A stretch of 64,000 bases of DNA from an uncultured Saprospiraceae bacterium (GTDB lineage: Bacteria; Bacteroidota; Bacteroidia; Chitinophagales; Saprospiraceae): positions 4,746-68,745 of the forward strand of contig CAZPTQ010000002.1 of the NCBI GenBank assembly GCA_964589365.1. Direction: 5' to 3'. The translations under genes and the position numbers were made by a program. This document shows, piece by piece, positions 1 to 10,189 of this stretch. Positions within the stretch are counted from its first letter, which is position 1, and the number at the start of each line of letters is the position of its first letter. The notes under the pieces were generated by a model. The model had not been told where the DNA came from and ran no database searches. It was given only the letters and a program-made list of their open reading frames with translations.

Positions 1-2850
1 AGCATCGAGATTGGTGCTGAGTTTGCTCAGATCGGCATTCAATTTCTTGTCTTTAACCAATGCAATCCGTTGATCCGTACTGTCCTTCAGGTTGCGTACC
101 TGAGCCTCTAGCAAGCTGAGGTTTTCAACCATTTCAAAAAGCCCGTCCGAGATTGCCCGTTTTTTGGCATAATCCAGTTCGGGTTGTAGCGGGTCAGGTA
201 CAAGTTTCAGGATACCCTCATCGCTGAAATCCCCTGCTTTGATTCGCACTTTGTAATCGCCAGGCATGGCCAAACGACCAATAAAGCCCGCGTACACACC
301 AAATTCTCCCTGTACCAAAACACCCTTGGCCGCTTTGGGCGGTGCCAAACGCATGTCCCAGCGCACGAAATTGATTCCCTTTCGTTTGGTGCCAGGCATA
401 GAGGCAATTACTTTGCCGGAAGCATCAATGATTTCCACGGTCACGTCGCCCGTATTGAGGCGCTCCTTCAGGTAATACTGAACGGTGGCAATTTCTGGCG
501 CATTGGGTCCGCCATAGGAATCAGTACTAGGGAAAGAGGAGCCGTAGTGCCCACTTGATACAGCGGTGGGGCGGGTAGGCAACAAAGCCGCGTCCTTTTG
601 CAAAACATCTGCCTTTAGTTGGCGAAGTGGCGAAATATCGTCTATAATAAAAATGCCACGTCCGTGTGTGCCCAGCACCAAATCATTTGTTTTTGCTTGA
701 ATCACAATGTCGCGCACAGCCACATATTCGGGCAATCTGGACTTGTAAAGCACCCAACTTTGTCCTCCATCTGTGCTGATGTACAGCCCGAACTCCGTTC
801 CAAGGAAAAGCAATTCGCGATTTTCGATGTCCTCCACAATGACGTGGGCGTAACCCTGCAGCACTTTGTCCGTGCTGATATTCACCCAGGTTTTGCCGCT
901 GTCGGAAGACTTTGCTGCGTATGTTTTCATATCTCCGTAAGCGTGGTTGTCAAATGTTGCATACACCACATTTCGGTCAAAACGGCTGGGCGTCACGCGG
1001 CTCACCCAGGTGCCTGCCGGCACGTCGGGAATATTTTTTGAAATGAGTTCCCAGTTTTTTCCGCCGTCGCGGGTCACTTGAATGTTGCCGTCGTCCGTGC
1101 CTATAAAAATCAAGTTTTCATCGAGGGCTGAGGGGCCGATGGTGAAGATGGTGCAATGGTTTTCGGCGGAAGTATTGTCCACCGTCACGCCGCCGCTTTC
1201 GGCTTGACGTTGTTTTTCCTTGTTATTGGTGGTCAAATCGGGTGAAATACGCTGCCAACTGTGTCCACGATCATTGGTTTTGAAAAGGAACTGTGCGCCG
1301 ATGTAGAGGGTGCTGGGGTTTACAGAGCCTTTCACGAGCGGGGTGTTCCAGTTCCAGCGATGCTGTTCTTCATCTTTTTGAGCTTGAGGTTTAATAAATT
1401 GCGACTGGTTGGTGCGGAGGTTGTTTTTGGTCACTTCCCCGCCTTGGCTTTCACAGAAAATGATATTGGGATCTGAGGCATCTGGCTGTACCCAAAAACC
1501 ATCTCCACCGCCGACGCTTTCCCAGTCTCGATTTTCTATTCCGCCTTTGCTTTGAGAAGGTCCACGCCAGGAACCATTGTCCTGCAATCCACCATAGACG
1601 TTGTAAGGCGTTTGATCGTCAATTTGAACATGATAAAACTGCGACACCGGCAAGGTGTTGAGGTGTGTCCAGGTTACCCCTTGATCCAGGCTCATATACA
1701 CGCCGCCATCTGTGCCGAGGTACATTTGATTGGTGCTGTTGGGGTTGATCCAAAGCGCATGATGATCCGAGTGAACCCAACCACCAGCATTGGAGGCATC
1801 GCTGAAAGAATGACCGCCATCTACACTCGTAGAAAACGAAAAGGCTGGACGGTATACGCGCTTGGGGTCTTTGGGGTCCACCACCAAGGTGCTGAAATAG
1901 AAAGGGCGAGCCGTCACGTTGGTATTTGCACTTTGGTATTTCCAGGATTCGCCGCCATCAGCAGAAATAAGCAGGCTGGTTTTTTCGCTTTCCACTATGG
2001 CCAGCATATTATCGGGAGCGCTGGGTGCGAGCGCAATGGCGATGCGTCCAAACTCGCCCGTGGGGAGTCCGTTGGTGATTTTGCGCCAATTTTTGCCGCC
2101 ATCAGTGCTTTTGTAAAGGGCGCTGCCGGGGCCGCCGGAAATAAAGGAGTATGGGCTTCTGCGGAATTGCCACATGGAGGCAAGCAAAACATCGGGGTTT
2201 CCAGGGTCCATGATGATGTCAGCGCAACCCGTTTTTTCGTCGGTGTAAAGAATCTTTTCCCAAGTCTTCCCACCGTCGGTGGTTTTGTAAAGGCCACGGT
2301 CGGGGCTGTCGCTCCAAAGTTTGCCAGGCACGGCTACATAGAGTGTGTTGGCATCGGTGGGATGGAGAATTATTTTGGAAATGTGCTCTGAATTTTCGAG
2401 GCCCACACGGGTCCAGTTTCGGCCAGCGTCGGTGGTTTTGTAGAGGCCAAGGCCAATGGCGACGCTGTTGCGCATATTGCTCTCGCCCGTTCCGACCCAC
2501 ACGGTTTCAGGCTTGTTTTGATCAACGGCGAGGCAGCCGATGCTCTGCGGGTATTTTTCAAAAACAGGCTCGAAAGTGAACCCTGCCGTGGTGGATTTCC
2601 AAACGCCACCGCCCGCCGTGCCAACGTATATTGTTTTTGGGCTGTTGTTTACACCCTCTATCGCAGTAATGCGCCCACCCATAACGGCAGGCCCAATGCT
2701 CCGTGCTTCTACCGCGCCAAAAGTGGAAGATGTAAGTTTGGTTTGCGCATTTGCTTTGATTGGAAGAAAACTCGCCGCCGCCCATACCGCTGAAAAAACT
2801 ATGGCGCGTGAAAAAACTTTGGCGGATAAAAAGTGAAGTAATTGTTTCAT
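1..2850 (-). CDS. BNR/Asp-box repeat, sortilin/VPS10-like glycosyl-hydrolase-family secreted protein. The C-terminus runs off the left window edge.
   Basis: Absent from the ORF track because the frame is open to the window edge. Reverse translation from the ATG at 2850 gives MKQLLHFLSAKVF..., a signal peptide, then ...AVEARSIGPAVMGGRITAIEG. Repeated Asp-box motifs were checked by hand (LYKTTDGGKTW about 2260-2290, LYKSTDGGKNW about 2090-2120). Frame spot checks at 1201-1260 (SWQRISPDLTTNNKEKQRQA) and 361-420 (SGKVIASMPGTKRKGINFVR) have no stops. The listed + strand ORFs here are antisense artefacts. Confidence 0.85.
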   Translation of the reverse strand, partial: MKQLLHFLSAKVFSRAIVFSAVWAAASFLPIKANAQTKLTSSTFGAVEARSIGPAVMGGRITAIEGVNNSPKTIYVGTAGGGVWKSTTAGFTFEPVFEKYPQSIGCLAVDQNKPETVWVGTGESNMRNSVAIGLGLYKTTDAGRNWTRVGLENSEHISKIILHPTDANTLYVAVPGKLWSDSPDRGLYKTTDGGKTWEKILYTDEKTGCADIIMDPGNPDVLLASMWQFRRSPYSFISGGPGSALYKSTDGGKNWRKITNGLPTGEFGRIAIALAPSAPDNMLAIVESEKTSLLISADGGESWKYQSANTNVTARPFYFSTLVVDPKDPKRVYRPAFSFSTSVDGGHSFSDASNAGGWVHSDHHALWINPNSTNQMYLGTDGGVYMSLDQGVTWTHLNTLPVSQFYHVQIDDQTPYNVYGGLQDNGSWRGPSQSKGGIENRDWESVGGGDGFWVQPDASDPNIIFCESQGGEVTKNNLRTNQSQFIKPQAQKDEEQHRWNWNTPLVKGSVNPSTLYIGAQFLFKTNDRGHSWQRISPDLTTNNKEKQRQAESGGVTVDNTSAENHCTIFTIGPSALDENLIFIGTDDGNIQVTRDGGKNWELISKNIPDVPAGTWVSRVTPSRFDRNVVYATFDNHAYGDMKTYAAKSSDSGKTWVNISTDKVLQGYAHVIVEDIENRELLFLGTEFGLYISTDGGQSWVLYKSRLPEYVAVRDIVIQAKTNDLVLGTHGRGIFIIDDISPLRQLKADVLQKDAALLPTRPTAVSSGHYGSSFPSTDSYGGPNAPEIATVQYYLKERLNTGDVTVEIIDASGKVIASMPGTKRKGINFVRWDMRLAPPKAAKGVLVQGEFGVYAGFIGRLAMPGDYKVRIKAGDFSDEGILKLVPDPLQPELDYAKKRAISDGLFEMVENLSLLEAQVRNLKDSTDQRIALVKDKKLNADLSKLSTNLDA

Positions 2851-2975
2851 TTTTAACGACTTGAATTTGCATGAAAAAACCGCAGAATAGCGGGGAAGCT
2901 GATAAATAATTCTCTAAAGAATCTTTTCTGCGTCCCCGCCTTCCTGCGGTTTAAATTATTTGTGCGTGCTAAAAC

Positions 2976-3701
2976 TTATTTTGTTGGCATATTAAAAAGC
3001 TTCGTGTCTATCATAGGGTTCACCATAATAGAGGTTATGGTAACAGTCGAACCACCCATCATAGGGTCAGCCTGTTGGATGGTGAAAGGAAAAACCAAGC
3101 CATCCTGAGTTTTAAAATTAGAATAGAGTGTTGCCGTTTCGGATTCTTTTCCGTCCACTTCTTCTACGCGGATGTTCTTGATTTCGTAGTAGGTAGCGGG
3201 ATCAAAGAAAGAGTACTCAGAGCGCTTTTCTCCTTTGTTGATTTTGATTTTAATGGCCTCAGTTCCGTCCACATCTTCCATGCCTACATACTCGATGGTG
3301 TAACCTTTTGCTTTGTACCCGACGAGCGAACCGTCCACATCCGTCATGTCTTTCATAGCCTTTACCTGGTCAGATGTAATAGGCTCTGGATCCATTTTAT
3401 TCGCGAAGGGGTTGGTAGACCAGCCTCCGTCGCCGTGTAGGACCGTGGTTTGAGTCATGCCCATTACCGATACATCCATACGTAGCGATTTGTCGCGTAC
3501 AGCCAGCATGCTCATCATAATAGACATTCCAGGAGCGCCGTCGGCGGCGATTTTGGCTTCGGATTTCACTGCTTCGACGCCAGCCCATTTGTCGCCGCCG
3601 ATTGCGGCAATGTGTTTGGCTACGATTTCTTCTACGTTTTGAGCTTGTGCAAATCCCGTGAAAAAGAGGAGGAATGCTGCAAAAAAGAGCGTTTTTTTCA
3701 T
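2976..3701 (-). CDS. LolA-like outer-membrane lipoprotein-sorting family protein (secreted)
   Basis: ORF 2976..3746 trimmed to the ATG at 3701 (MKKTLFFAAFLLFFTGFAQAQ signal peptide). Family-typical pattern: IAAIGGDKW, DGGWSTNP, VGYKAKGY..EYVGMEDVDG, LYSNFKTQDGLVFPF. Confidence 0.7.
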   Translation of the reverse strand: MKKTLFFAAFLLFFTGFAQAQNVEEIVAKHIAAIGGDKWAGVEAVKSEAKIAADGAPGMSIMMSMLAVRDKSLRMDVSVMGMTQTTVLHGDGGWSTNPFANKMDPEPITSDQVKAMKDMTDVDGSLVGYKAKGYTIEYVGMEDVDGTEAIKIKINKGEKRSEYSFFDPATYYEIKNIRVEEVDGKESETATLYSNFKTQDGLVFPFTIQQADPMMGGSTVTITSIMVNPMIDTKLFNMPTK

Positions 3702-4013
3702 TGTTGTTAAATTGATTTGGAAATGTTTTATGCCAGAGAATGACAAGTTTTCTGCTACAAAGGAACGAAGAGAACCATTCAGCCGTAAATTTTTTTAGAT
3801 AAGTATTCGTAGTCGAGGGACAAATGAGTGAATTTTTGAGCACGGACTGTTCCAAATAGCCAATATGTTTTCCATTTGGAAACGGTAAACGCCGCATCGT
3901 TTCAATTAGCGGCTCCAAAACCTCGCTTTTTCCCAACTTTACACTTAAAAGAGTGTTCCAATCTCGATTTTTCTTCCCTTGCCCTTGAGGTTTTCTTAGG
4001 TTTGCCCCTCACC

Positions 4014-4985
4014 ATGTCTTTAGACACAATCAAACATCCAATCGCTGCCGAGCTCGACACATTCGAGCTGCGCTTCCGCGATGCTATGCGAAGCAAAGTC
4101 CCTTTATTGGATAAAATCACCTGGTATATCGTGCAACGCAAGGGCAAGCAAGTACGGCCCATGCTCGTGCTGCTCAGCGCGCGACTCTTTGGACCGATCA
4201 TCGAGCCAAGCTACACGGCAGCTTCGATGGTGGAACTCCTGCATACGGCTACGCTTGTGCACGACGATGTGGTGGACGATGCGAACGAGCGCCGGGGCTT
4301 TTTTTCCATCAACGCCCTTTGGAAAAACAAAATAGCCGTGCTCGTTGGTGATTTCTTACTGTCACAAGGTTTGATGTTATCCGTTAAAAACCAACAGTTT
4401 GTAATGTTGGAACTAGTGAGCAGAGCGGTAAAAGAAATGGCCGAAGGCGAACTCATGCAAATGGAAAAAGCCCGCCGATTAGACATCAAAGAGGAAGTTT
4501 ATTTTGAAATTATTCGACAAAAAACGGCCTCGCTTATCGCAGCGGCTTGTTGTGCTGGAGCGGTAAGTACGGCCCCAGGGAACGACGAAATCCGCCAGCG
4601 CATGTGGCTTTTCGGAGAAAAAACGGGCATGGCATTCCAAATCCGCGACGACCTTTTTGACTTTGGTGACGACGATGTGGGCAAACCCCTCGGCATTGAC
4701 ATCAAAGAAAAAAAAATGACCCTGCCGCTCATTTATGCCCTCAACCAAGCTGAGCGCAGCGAACGCCGCCGGATCATCAATATCGTCAAAAACGAGAGCC
4801 ACAAACCCGAAAAAGTGGACGAGGTGATCCAATTCGTGCGCCAAAGCGGCGGCCTGGATTATGCCCGCGAAGCCATGTACCGCTATCGGCAGGAGGCGTT
4901 TGACTTGCTGGATGCTGCGCCTGAAAGCCCGGCGCGGCAGTCGTTGAGGGATTTGTTGGTGTTTGTGACAGAGCGGAAGCGGTAA
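4014..4985 (+). CDS. ispB: trans-polyprenyl diphosphate synthase (octaprenyl/IspB-like)
   Basis: ORF 3876..4985 trimmed to the ATG at 4014 (MSLDTIKHPI), giving 323 aa. Both aspartate-rich motifs are present: LVHDDVVDDANERRG and FQIRDDLFDFGDD. Confidence 0.9.
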   Translation: MSLDTIKHPIAAELDTFELRFRDAMRSKVPLLDKITWYIVQRKGKQVRPMLVLLSARLFGPIIEPSYTAASMVELLHTATLVHDDVVDDANERRGFFSINALWKNKIAVLVGDFLLSQGLMLSVKNQQFVMLELVSRAVKEMAEGELMQMEKARRLDIKEEVYFEIIRQKTASLIAAACCAGAVSTAPGNDEIRQRMWLFGEKTGMAFQIRDDLFDFGDDDVGKPLGIDIKEKKMTLPLIYALNQAERSERRRIINIVKNESHKPEKVDEVIQFVRQSGGLDYAREAMYRYRQEAFDLLDAAPESPARQSLRDLLVFVTERKR

Positions 4986-5000
4986 GGCGGGTTTTATATT

Positions 5001-5297
5001 TCACTTTTGATTTTTCATTGCCTTCCCCTCTTTTGGCATCATCTTGTCAAATGGATTGCCCTTCCATTTATTGTCGTCTGAAGAGCGCTTATAGTCTTTA
5101 TCAAGTAGTTGACAGCCCCAACGGCTATTATCCCAATGATACACCAGGCCAGGATATTGCCCATATAAAGTATTGCATTCCAGACATTTTTGGTCGCCAT
5201 GCTCCTCGAAACCTGCATTTCGGAGGAGATTTTGAGCCTTGGAAGAATAGGCGGCATAAATAAAAAGCAGACCAAGAAAGTAAGGGTAGCTGTTCAT
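5001..5297 (-). CDS. small secreted hypothetical protein, possibly an N-terminal fragment of a larger family
   Basis: ORF 5001..5327 trimmed to the ATG at 5297 (MNSYPYFLGLLFIYAAYSSKAQ signal peptide). The NLLRNAGFEEHG motif resembles the N-terminus of ORF 58285..58866 (YFRNPSFEGAPG). Confidence 0.45.
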   Translation of the reverse strand: MNSYPYFLGLLFIYAAYSSKAQNLLRNAGFEEHGDQKCLECNTLYGQYPGLVYHWDNSRWGCQLLDKDYKRSSDDNKWKGNPFDKMMPKEGKAMKNQK

Positions 5298-5353
5298 GCA
5301 ATAAGATTGTTTGGAATCAAAACGCATGAATTGGGAAAGACGTATGGATAGGG

Positions 5354-5496
5354 GAGGAACACGGATGACGCAGATTAGACACGGATTTGCACGGATTTTT
5401 CAAATAACCATTTATCCGTGCAAATCCGTGTCTAATCCGTGCAATCCGTGTTCCCATTCTGCCGGCAGTGTCTAATCCGTGCAATCCGTGTTCCCC
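5354..5496. repeat. CACGGAT-type palindromic intergenic repeat: imperfect ~41-nt inverted repeat plus a third direct copy
   Basis: The left arm ggaacacggatgacgcagattagacacggatttgcacggat (about 5356-5396) pairs with atccgtgcaaatccgtgtctaatccgtgcaatccgtgttcc (5414-5454) across a 17-nt loop. gtgtctaatccgtgcaatccgtgttccc recurs directly at 5428-5455 and 5468-5495. The element abuts the epimerase stop codon (5497-5499). Confidence 0.85.
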
Positions 5497-6429
5497 TCAT
5501 GCCGTATGATACTCGAAACTGATCTTGCCCCCCCATTTTTTGTCCGGCGCAAGACTCACCAAGCCTTGTTTGTTGTTGAACGCATCCACATTGCAGCTCA
5601 TCGGCTCCAGCGCGACGCTTTCGCGGTGAGGCGGAGTAAATACCTGGAAGAATGGAAATTGAGCAATGGGTGCTTTCATCGTAAGATACCGGCCATTTCC
5701 TTCGAGCATCAACGGGTAGCTCCCCCTGGTTTTGGAGCTTTGGAAACAGTTGTCCAAAATAGTGTCTTCGATAAAGCTGAGTTTTTGGAAATCCTTGAAC
5801 TGCGCCCGCCCGCCCGTTGGGATCATTCGCTTGTTAATGGTTATTTTTTCGCAAGGTGGTATCCGAAGCCCATGACCATTCGCCCCTTCCATGAGCCGAA
5901 AATAGGGGTGCCAGCCAAAGCCGAAAGGAATCAGGGAGTGATGCAAATTTTCAACTTCTACCTGCACTTCGAATTTGCCCGTATCGTGTATGGAAAACTC
6001 AATTTCGAGTGAAAAAGGGAATGGATAATGGGGCCGATCGCCCAAATAATCGAAGAAACACCGTATGCTCGCAAAGTTTTTTGCCAGAAAAACATACTCC
6101 ACTTCAAATGCTTCCGCTCGCACAAAACCATGTATCGCATTCCCCGTGGCAGCATTGTTGAGGGGAAATTGATATTCTTTGCCCAGCCATCTGTACTTAC
6201 CCTCGTCCAAGCGATTGGGAAACGGAAACAGGATGCTGCTTTTGCCCCATTTACCTGCCTCCAATTCTTGTGGGGTAGCATATCCGTCTAAAATGCTTTG
6301 GTTCGCAAACTGAATATCCAGCACATTTGCGCCCACGGCGGGCACTATGCTAAAACCGTTGCCTGTCAAGGGGTTGCGCAATTCATAGCACGTATTTTTG
6401 CCGAATGGGGTTTTGGTTAGTTCATACAT
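5497..6429 (-). CDS. aldose 1-epimerase (galactose mutarotase-like) family protein
   Basis: ORF 5497..6471; the probable start is the ATG at 6429 (MYELTKTPFG). Family pattern: ILFPFPNRL, NAIHGFV, FGFGWHPYF. Confidence 0.85.
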   Translation of the reverse strand: MYELTKTPFGKNTCYELRNPLTGNGFSIVPAVGANVLDIQFANQSILDGYATPQELEAGKWGKSSILFPFPNRLDEGKYRWLGKEYQFPLNNAATGNAIHGFVRAEAFEVEYVFLAKNFASIRCFFDYLGDRPHYPFPFSLEIEFSIHDTGKFEVQVEVENLHHSLIPFGFGWHPYFRLMEGANGHGLRIPPCEKITINKRMIPTGGRAQFKDFQKLSFIEDTILDNCFQSSKTRGSYPLMLEGNGRYLTMKAPIAQFPFFQVFTPPHRESVALEPMSCNVDAFNNKQGLVSLAPDKKWGGKISFEYHTA

Positions 6430-6537
6430 AGGAAAGAGGGTGTTATGTTCGACGTAAATGTATAAATTCACAAAATATCTTCTGGAAAGAAACCCTCTTG
6501 CCCGCGCGTTGTTTCACCGTTTTTTGATCGTGACAAT

Positions 6538-7215
6538 ATGAAAATGAAAGGAATAATTGCACTAAGTCTGCTCGCGCTTGGCCTTTTTGCCTGCCAATCA
6601 GACGCGCCTAAAAATGCCCCCAATGCGGCCATTCAAAGCCCAGGCCAAGCAGCGCCCCTTGAAAAAAAGAACATTGTCTTTTTCGGCAACAGCCTTACGG
6701 CAGCTTACCAGTTATCCCCTGAACAGGGCTTTACAGCATTGATTCAGTTGAAAATTGACTCGCTCGGCCTGCCTTATACCTGTGTGAATGCAGGTTTAAG
6801 TGGCGAGACGACCGCTGATGGCGTCAATCGTATTGAATGGGTGTTGCAACAACACGTTGATATTTTTGTGTTAGAATTGGGCGCCAACGATATGTTGCGC
6901 GGTCTGCCTATCACGGAGTCAAAAAAGAATCTGCAAGCAATGCTCGACAAGGTGAAGGCCAAATACCCTGCTTGCAAATTAGTGGTAGCAGGTATGCTCG
7001 CCCCACCCAACCTCGGAGCTGTGTACACCGATGCTTTCCGAGATATGTACCCCGCTTTGGCGAAGCGCAACAACGCTGTGCTGATCCCGTTTCTGCTGGA
7101 GAACGTAGGCGGCGTGCCCGATCTCAATTTGCCAGATGGCATACACCCTAATTCAGAGGGACAAAAAATTGTGGCAGAAACTGTTTGGAAGGTGCTGAAA
7201 CCGATGTTGAAATAA
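6538..7215 (+). CDS. SGNH/GDSL hydrolase (arylesterase / TesA-like), lipoprotein-type signal
   Basis: Signal with LFAC lipobox-like sequence. SGNH blocks present: FFGNSLT, NAGLSGETT, LGANDMLRG, DGIHPNSEG. Confidence 0.85.
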   Translation: MKMKGIIALSLLALGLFACQSDAPKNAPNAAIQSPGQAAPLEKKNIVFFGNSLTAAYQLSPEQGFTALIQLKIDSLGLPYTCVNAGLSGETTADGVNRIEWVLQQHVDIFVLELGANDMLRGLPITESKKNLQAMLDKVKAKYPACKLVVAGMLAPPNLGAVYTDAFRDMYPALAKRNNAVLIPFLLENVGGVPDLNLPDGIHPNSEGQKIVAETVWKVLKPMLK

Positions 7216-7284
7216 TGTTTAATGTTGAAAAATCTGTGCGACCGAGCATTGGCACAGGTTTTTGAACATTGACCACATTTTACT

Positions 7285-7713
7285 TTACCACTTCTCCAAA
7301 CGTACCGAAATAGTCATCCCAGATTGATACAGATCAAAAGCCGCTTCCGCCCATTTCGGTGCCCTAAAACGTGGCCGAGCATTATTGGAAAAACCATACG
7401 GCTCGTTTGGGATGCCCGCCCAATTAGTGTCCAACTGACCATTGCCATTCAGGTCATGGAAACAGCTTAGCGCGTATTTGCCAGGAGGCAAATTGCCCAG
7501 CGATAATTTCATCGGGCCTGTTTGGGTGATCGGCGTGATTTTTTTGCTGAAAACCTTGTCAACTTTCAAAAAAGCATCTGAACGGTTATAAACGGCCACA
7601 TACAAACGGCCCTTTGCCTCGCGGATATTGCTAAATTCGACCCACAGCTCAGGTTCAAAAAACGAAGGAAAAAACAAAAAAAGGAGAAGCATATATCTTT
7701 GAATTTGAGGCAT
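7285..7713 (-). CDS. DUF2141 family protein
   Basis: ORF 7285..7743 trimmed to the ATG at 7713. Typical DUF2141 pattern: GRLYVAVYN, HDLNGNGQLDTNWAGIPNEPYGFSNN. Confidence 0.8.
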   Translation of the reverse strand: MPQIQRYMLLLFLFFPSFFEPELWVEFSNIREAKGRLYVAVYNRSDAFLKVDKVFSKKITPITQTGPMKLSLGNLPPGKYALSCFHDLNGNGQLDTNWAGIPNEPYGFSNNARPRFRAPKWAEAAFDLYQSGMTISVRLEKW

Positions 7714-7939
7714 CAAACGTGGTTTAAAACTTATGGTTGCCAAATCTGGTTATAATAAATCAATGTGGATGGGATGACTTGAAAAGTTCAGGTTCCGAAA
7801 AATCGAACACCCGGCAGCACCAAAAATTTAATTCTGTAACAGGCTTCAACATTTCGAATTTCCCAAACATTGCCCGCGCTTCGCCTATTATTAACAAATA
7901 CTTGTCGGCAAGTGCTTTTTTTTGTGCGAGATAAAAGCC

Positions 7940-7947
7940 TACTTTTG
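7940..7947 (+). promoter_or_regulatory. Bacteroidota sigma-A -7 box (TAnnTTTG) upstream of typA
   Basis: TACTTTTG at 7940-7947, about 160 nt upstream of the typA ATG. Motif match only. Confidence 0.35.
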
Positions 7948-8106
7948 CGACCCGTTTGGGCGAAAGCCATTTTTTCTTAAAAATTTGGTCAATTTGGCAA
8001 TTTTTCGATAAAAATTTTTTGTTCGAGCCAAAATATAGCCAACTCCCAAACATCATTTTTAAAAACCTCGATATTCAAATCGCCATCGCTCACCAATTAG
8101 TTTTCC

Positions 8107-9918
8107 ATGAAGAACATCCGCAACGTCGCAATCATCGCCCACGTAGACCACGGCAAAACCACTCTTGTGGACAAAATGATCCTCGCTTCTCAGATATTCA
8201 AGGAGCACGAGATGACTGGCGACCTTATGCTTGACAACAACGATTTGGAGCGGGAGCGTGGCATCACCATCCTTTCCAAAAACGTTTCAATCAACTTTAG
8301 AGGGACAAAAATCAACGTAATTGACACGCCAGGTCACGCCGACTTTGGTGGAGAGGTAGAGCGCGTACTCAACATGGCCGATGGTGTGCTCCTCCTGGTG
8401 GACGCTTTCGAAGGCCCTATGCCCCAAACCCGTTTCGTTTTGCAGAAGGCTTTGGAGATGGGCAAAAAACCCATCGTAGTTATTAATAAGGTAGACAAGC
8501 CAAACTGCAACCCCGACTGGGCACACGAACAGGTGTTTGACCTTATGCACTCTTTGGGCGCTACCGAGGAGCAACTTGATTTTCCCGTTGTTTTCGGCTC
8601 CGCCAAACAAAGCTGGATGGCACACGACTGGAAAAACCCTGCCACCGATATTATTACCCTGCTCGAAGACATTGTAAAATATATCCCTGAACCACAAGTT
8701 GCAGAGGGAAACACCCAAATGTTGGTGACTTCCCTGGACTTTTCAACCTTCATCGGGCGTATCGCTGTGGGTCGCCTGTTGCGCGGCAAACTTGTGGCAA
8801 ACCAGCCAGTTACGCTGTGTAAAAAAGATGGCAAGATGTTGAAGCACCGCATCAAGCAATTGTTTGTATTTGACGGTCTTGCCAAGAAAGAGGTAAAAGA
8901 AGTAGAGCCGGGTGATATTTGTGCAGTGGTTGGTGTAGACGGTTTTGAGATTGGCGATACCATTGCAGACTATGACAATCCAGAAGCGCTCGCGCCCATC
9001 TCGATTGATGAGCCGACAATGTCCATGATTTTCACCATCAACGATTCGCCGTTTTTTGGTCAGGAAGGCAAGTTTGTAACCAGCCGCCATGTGCGCGAAC
9101 GTTTGGAAAAAGAACTCGAAAAGAATTTGGCAATGCGCATGGAAGACACCAACTCTGCCGACTCCTTTATGGTGTTCGGTCGTGGCGTGTTGCACCTTTC
9201 CATCCTGATCGAGACCATGCGTCGTGAAGGCTACGAACTTCAAATTGGCCAACCGCGTGTAATCGTGAAAACGATCAACGGCCAGAAGTGCGAGCCAATT
9301 GAAGAACTCACCATTGACGTGCCAGAATCAACCAGCGGCAAGTGCATTGAATTCGTGACACGCCGCAAGGGTGTAATGACCAGTATGGAACCCAAAGGCG
9401 ACCGCTTCTTTTTGCGCTTCGAGATCCCAGCAAGAGGCATCATCGGCCTCCGCTCCAACATCCTTACAGCTACCCAGGGTGAGGCGATCATGACACACCG
9501 CTTTAAAGGCTATGAACCTTGGCGCGGCGACATCGGCGGTCGCCAAAACGGCTCGCTGATCTCCATGGAAACAGGAAACGCTTTTGCTTATTCTCTCGAC
9601 AATTTGCAAGACCGTGGCACCTTCTTTATCGAACCGGGTGAAGAGGTGTACGAAGGCCAGGTTATTGGCGAAAACAACCGCCCGATGGATTTGGTCATCA
9701 ATGTGACCAAAGCTAAAAAACTCACCAACCATCGCGCTTCAGGCGCTGACGATAAAACTTCTTTGCCGCCTGCCCAACGTTTTACCCTTGAAGAAGCACT
9801 CGAATACATTCAAGAAGACGAATATGTGGAATTGACGCCTAAAAGCATCCGCTTGCGTAAAGTCTATCTCAAAGATTTCGAGCGTAAAAAATCCGAGAAG
9901 GGTTTATCAGTAGCCTAA
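8107..9918 (+). CDS. typA: translational GTPase TypA/BipA
   Basis: 603 aa. N-terminus [43 protein letters not shown], and full-length EF-G-like architecture. Confidence 0.97.
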   Translation: MKNIRNVAIIAHVDHGKTTLVDKMILASQIFKEHEMTGDLMLDNNDLERERGITILSKNVSINFRGTKINVIDTPGHADFGGEVERVLNMADGVLLLVDAFEGPMPQTRFVLQKALEMGKKPIVVINKVDKPNCNPDWAHEQVFDLMHSLGATEEQLDFPVVFGSAKQSWMAHDWKNPATDIITLLEDIVKYIPEPQVAEGNTQMLVTSLDFSTFIGRIAVGRLLRGKLVANQPVTLCKKDGKMLKHRIKQLFVFDGLAKKEVKEVEPGDICAVVGVDGFEIGDTIADYDNPEALAPISIDEPTMSMIFTINDSPFFGQEGKFVTSRHVRERLEKELEKNLAMRMEDTNSADSFMVFGRGVLHLSILIETMRREGYELQIGQPRVIVKTINGQKCEPIEELTIDVPESTSGKCIEFVTRRKGVMTSMEPKGDRFFLRFEIPARGIIGLRSNILTATQGEAIMTHRFKGYEPWRGDIGGRQNGSLISMETGNAFAYSLDNLQDRGTFFIEPGEEVYEGQVIGENNRPMDLVINVTKAKKLTNHRASGADDKTSLPPAQRFTLEEALEYIQEDEYVELTPKSIRLRKVYLKDFERKKSEKGLSVA

Positions 9919-10189
9919 AAGGGGTGCAAGTGTGTGGAATTGTCCATTTTTAGAGTTCCCTGCTCCACCGCTTTTCCTGTTTCGTTCGGAAAAATTTTGT
10001 AAAACCCTCTTGTTTGTCTGGAAATTTTACTTTTGCAGCCGTTTTTGGCTGGAGAAAATTTTTTCAAACATGGAAATTCACTTAATAAGCCCTTTATTTT
10101 ATTGAAAATACCAGTTTTTCCAAAATCAAAACAGCCAACAAAGGGTTTTACGAAAACTGAATTTGCCCAAAGTGCCTGACAAATAAACT

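Noticed and set aside
1552-2391. 279-aa + strand ORF (and neighbours 619..1041 and 2540..2836)
   Set aside because: It lies antisense to the long BNR-repeat gene, whose frame is open across the whole region and shows clear Asp-box motifs. The composition is typical of shadow ORFs.
9919-10189. Structured RNA in the 270-nt typA-queA spacer (inverted gtaaaaccct/agggttttac, hairpin cagccgtttttggctg)
   Set aside because: The stems are short and AT-rich and match no known family. The spacer probably just holds the promoter (TACTTTTG at 10028-10035) and leader sequence. It cannot be supported without covariation data.
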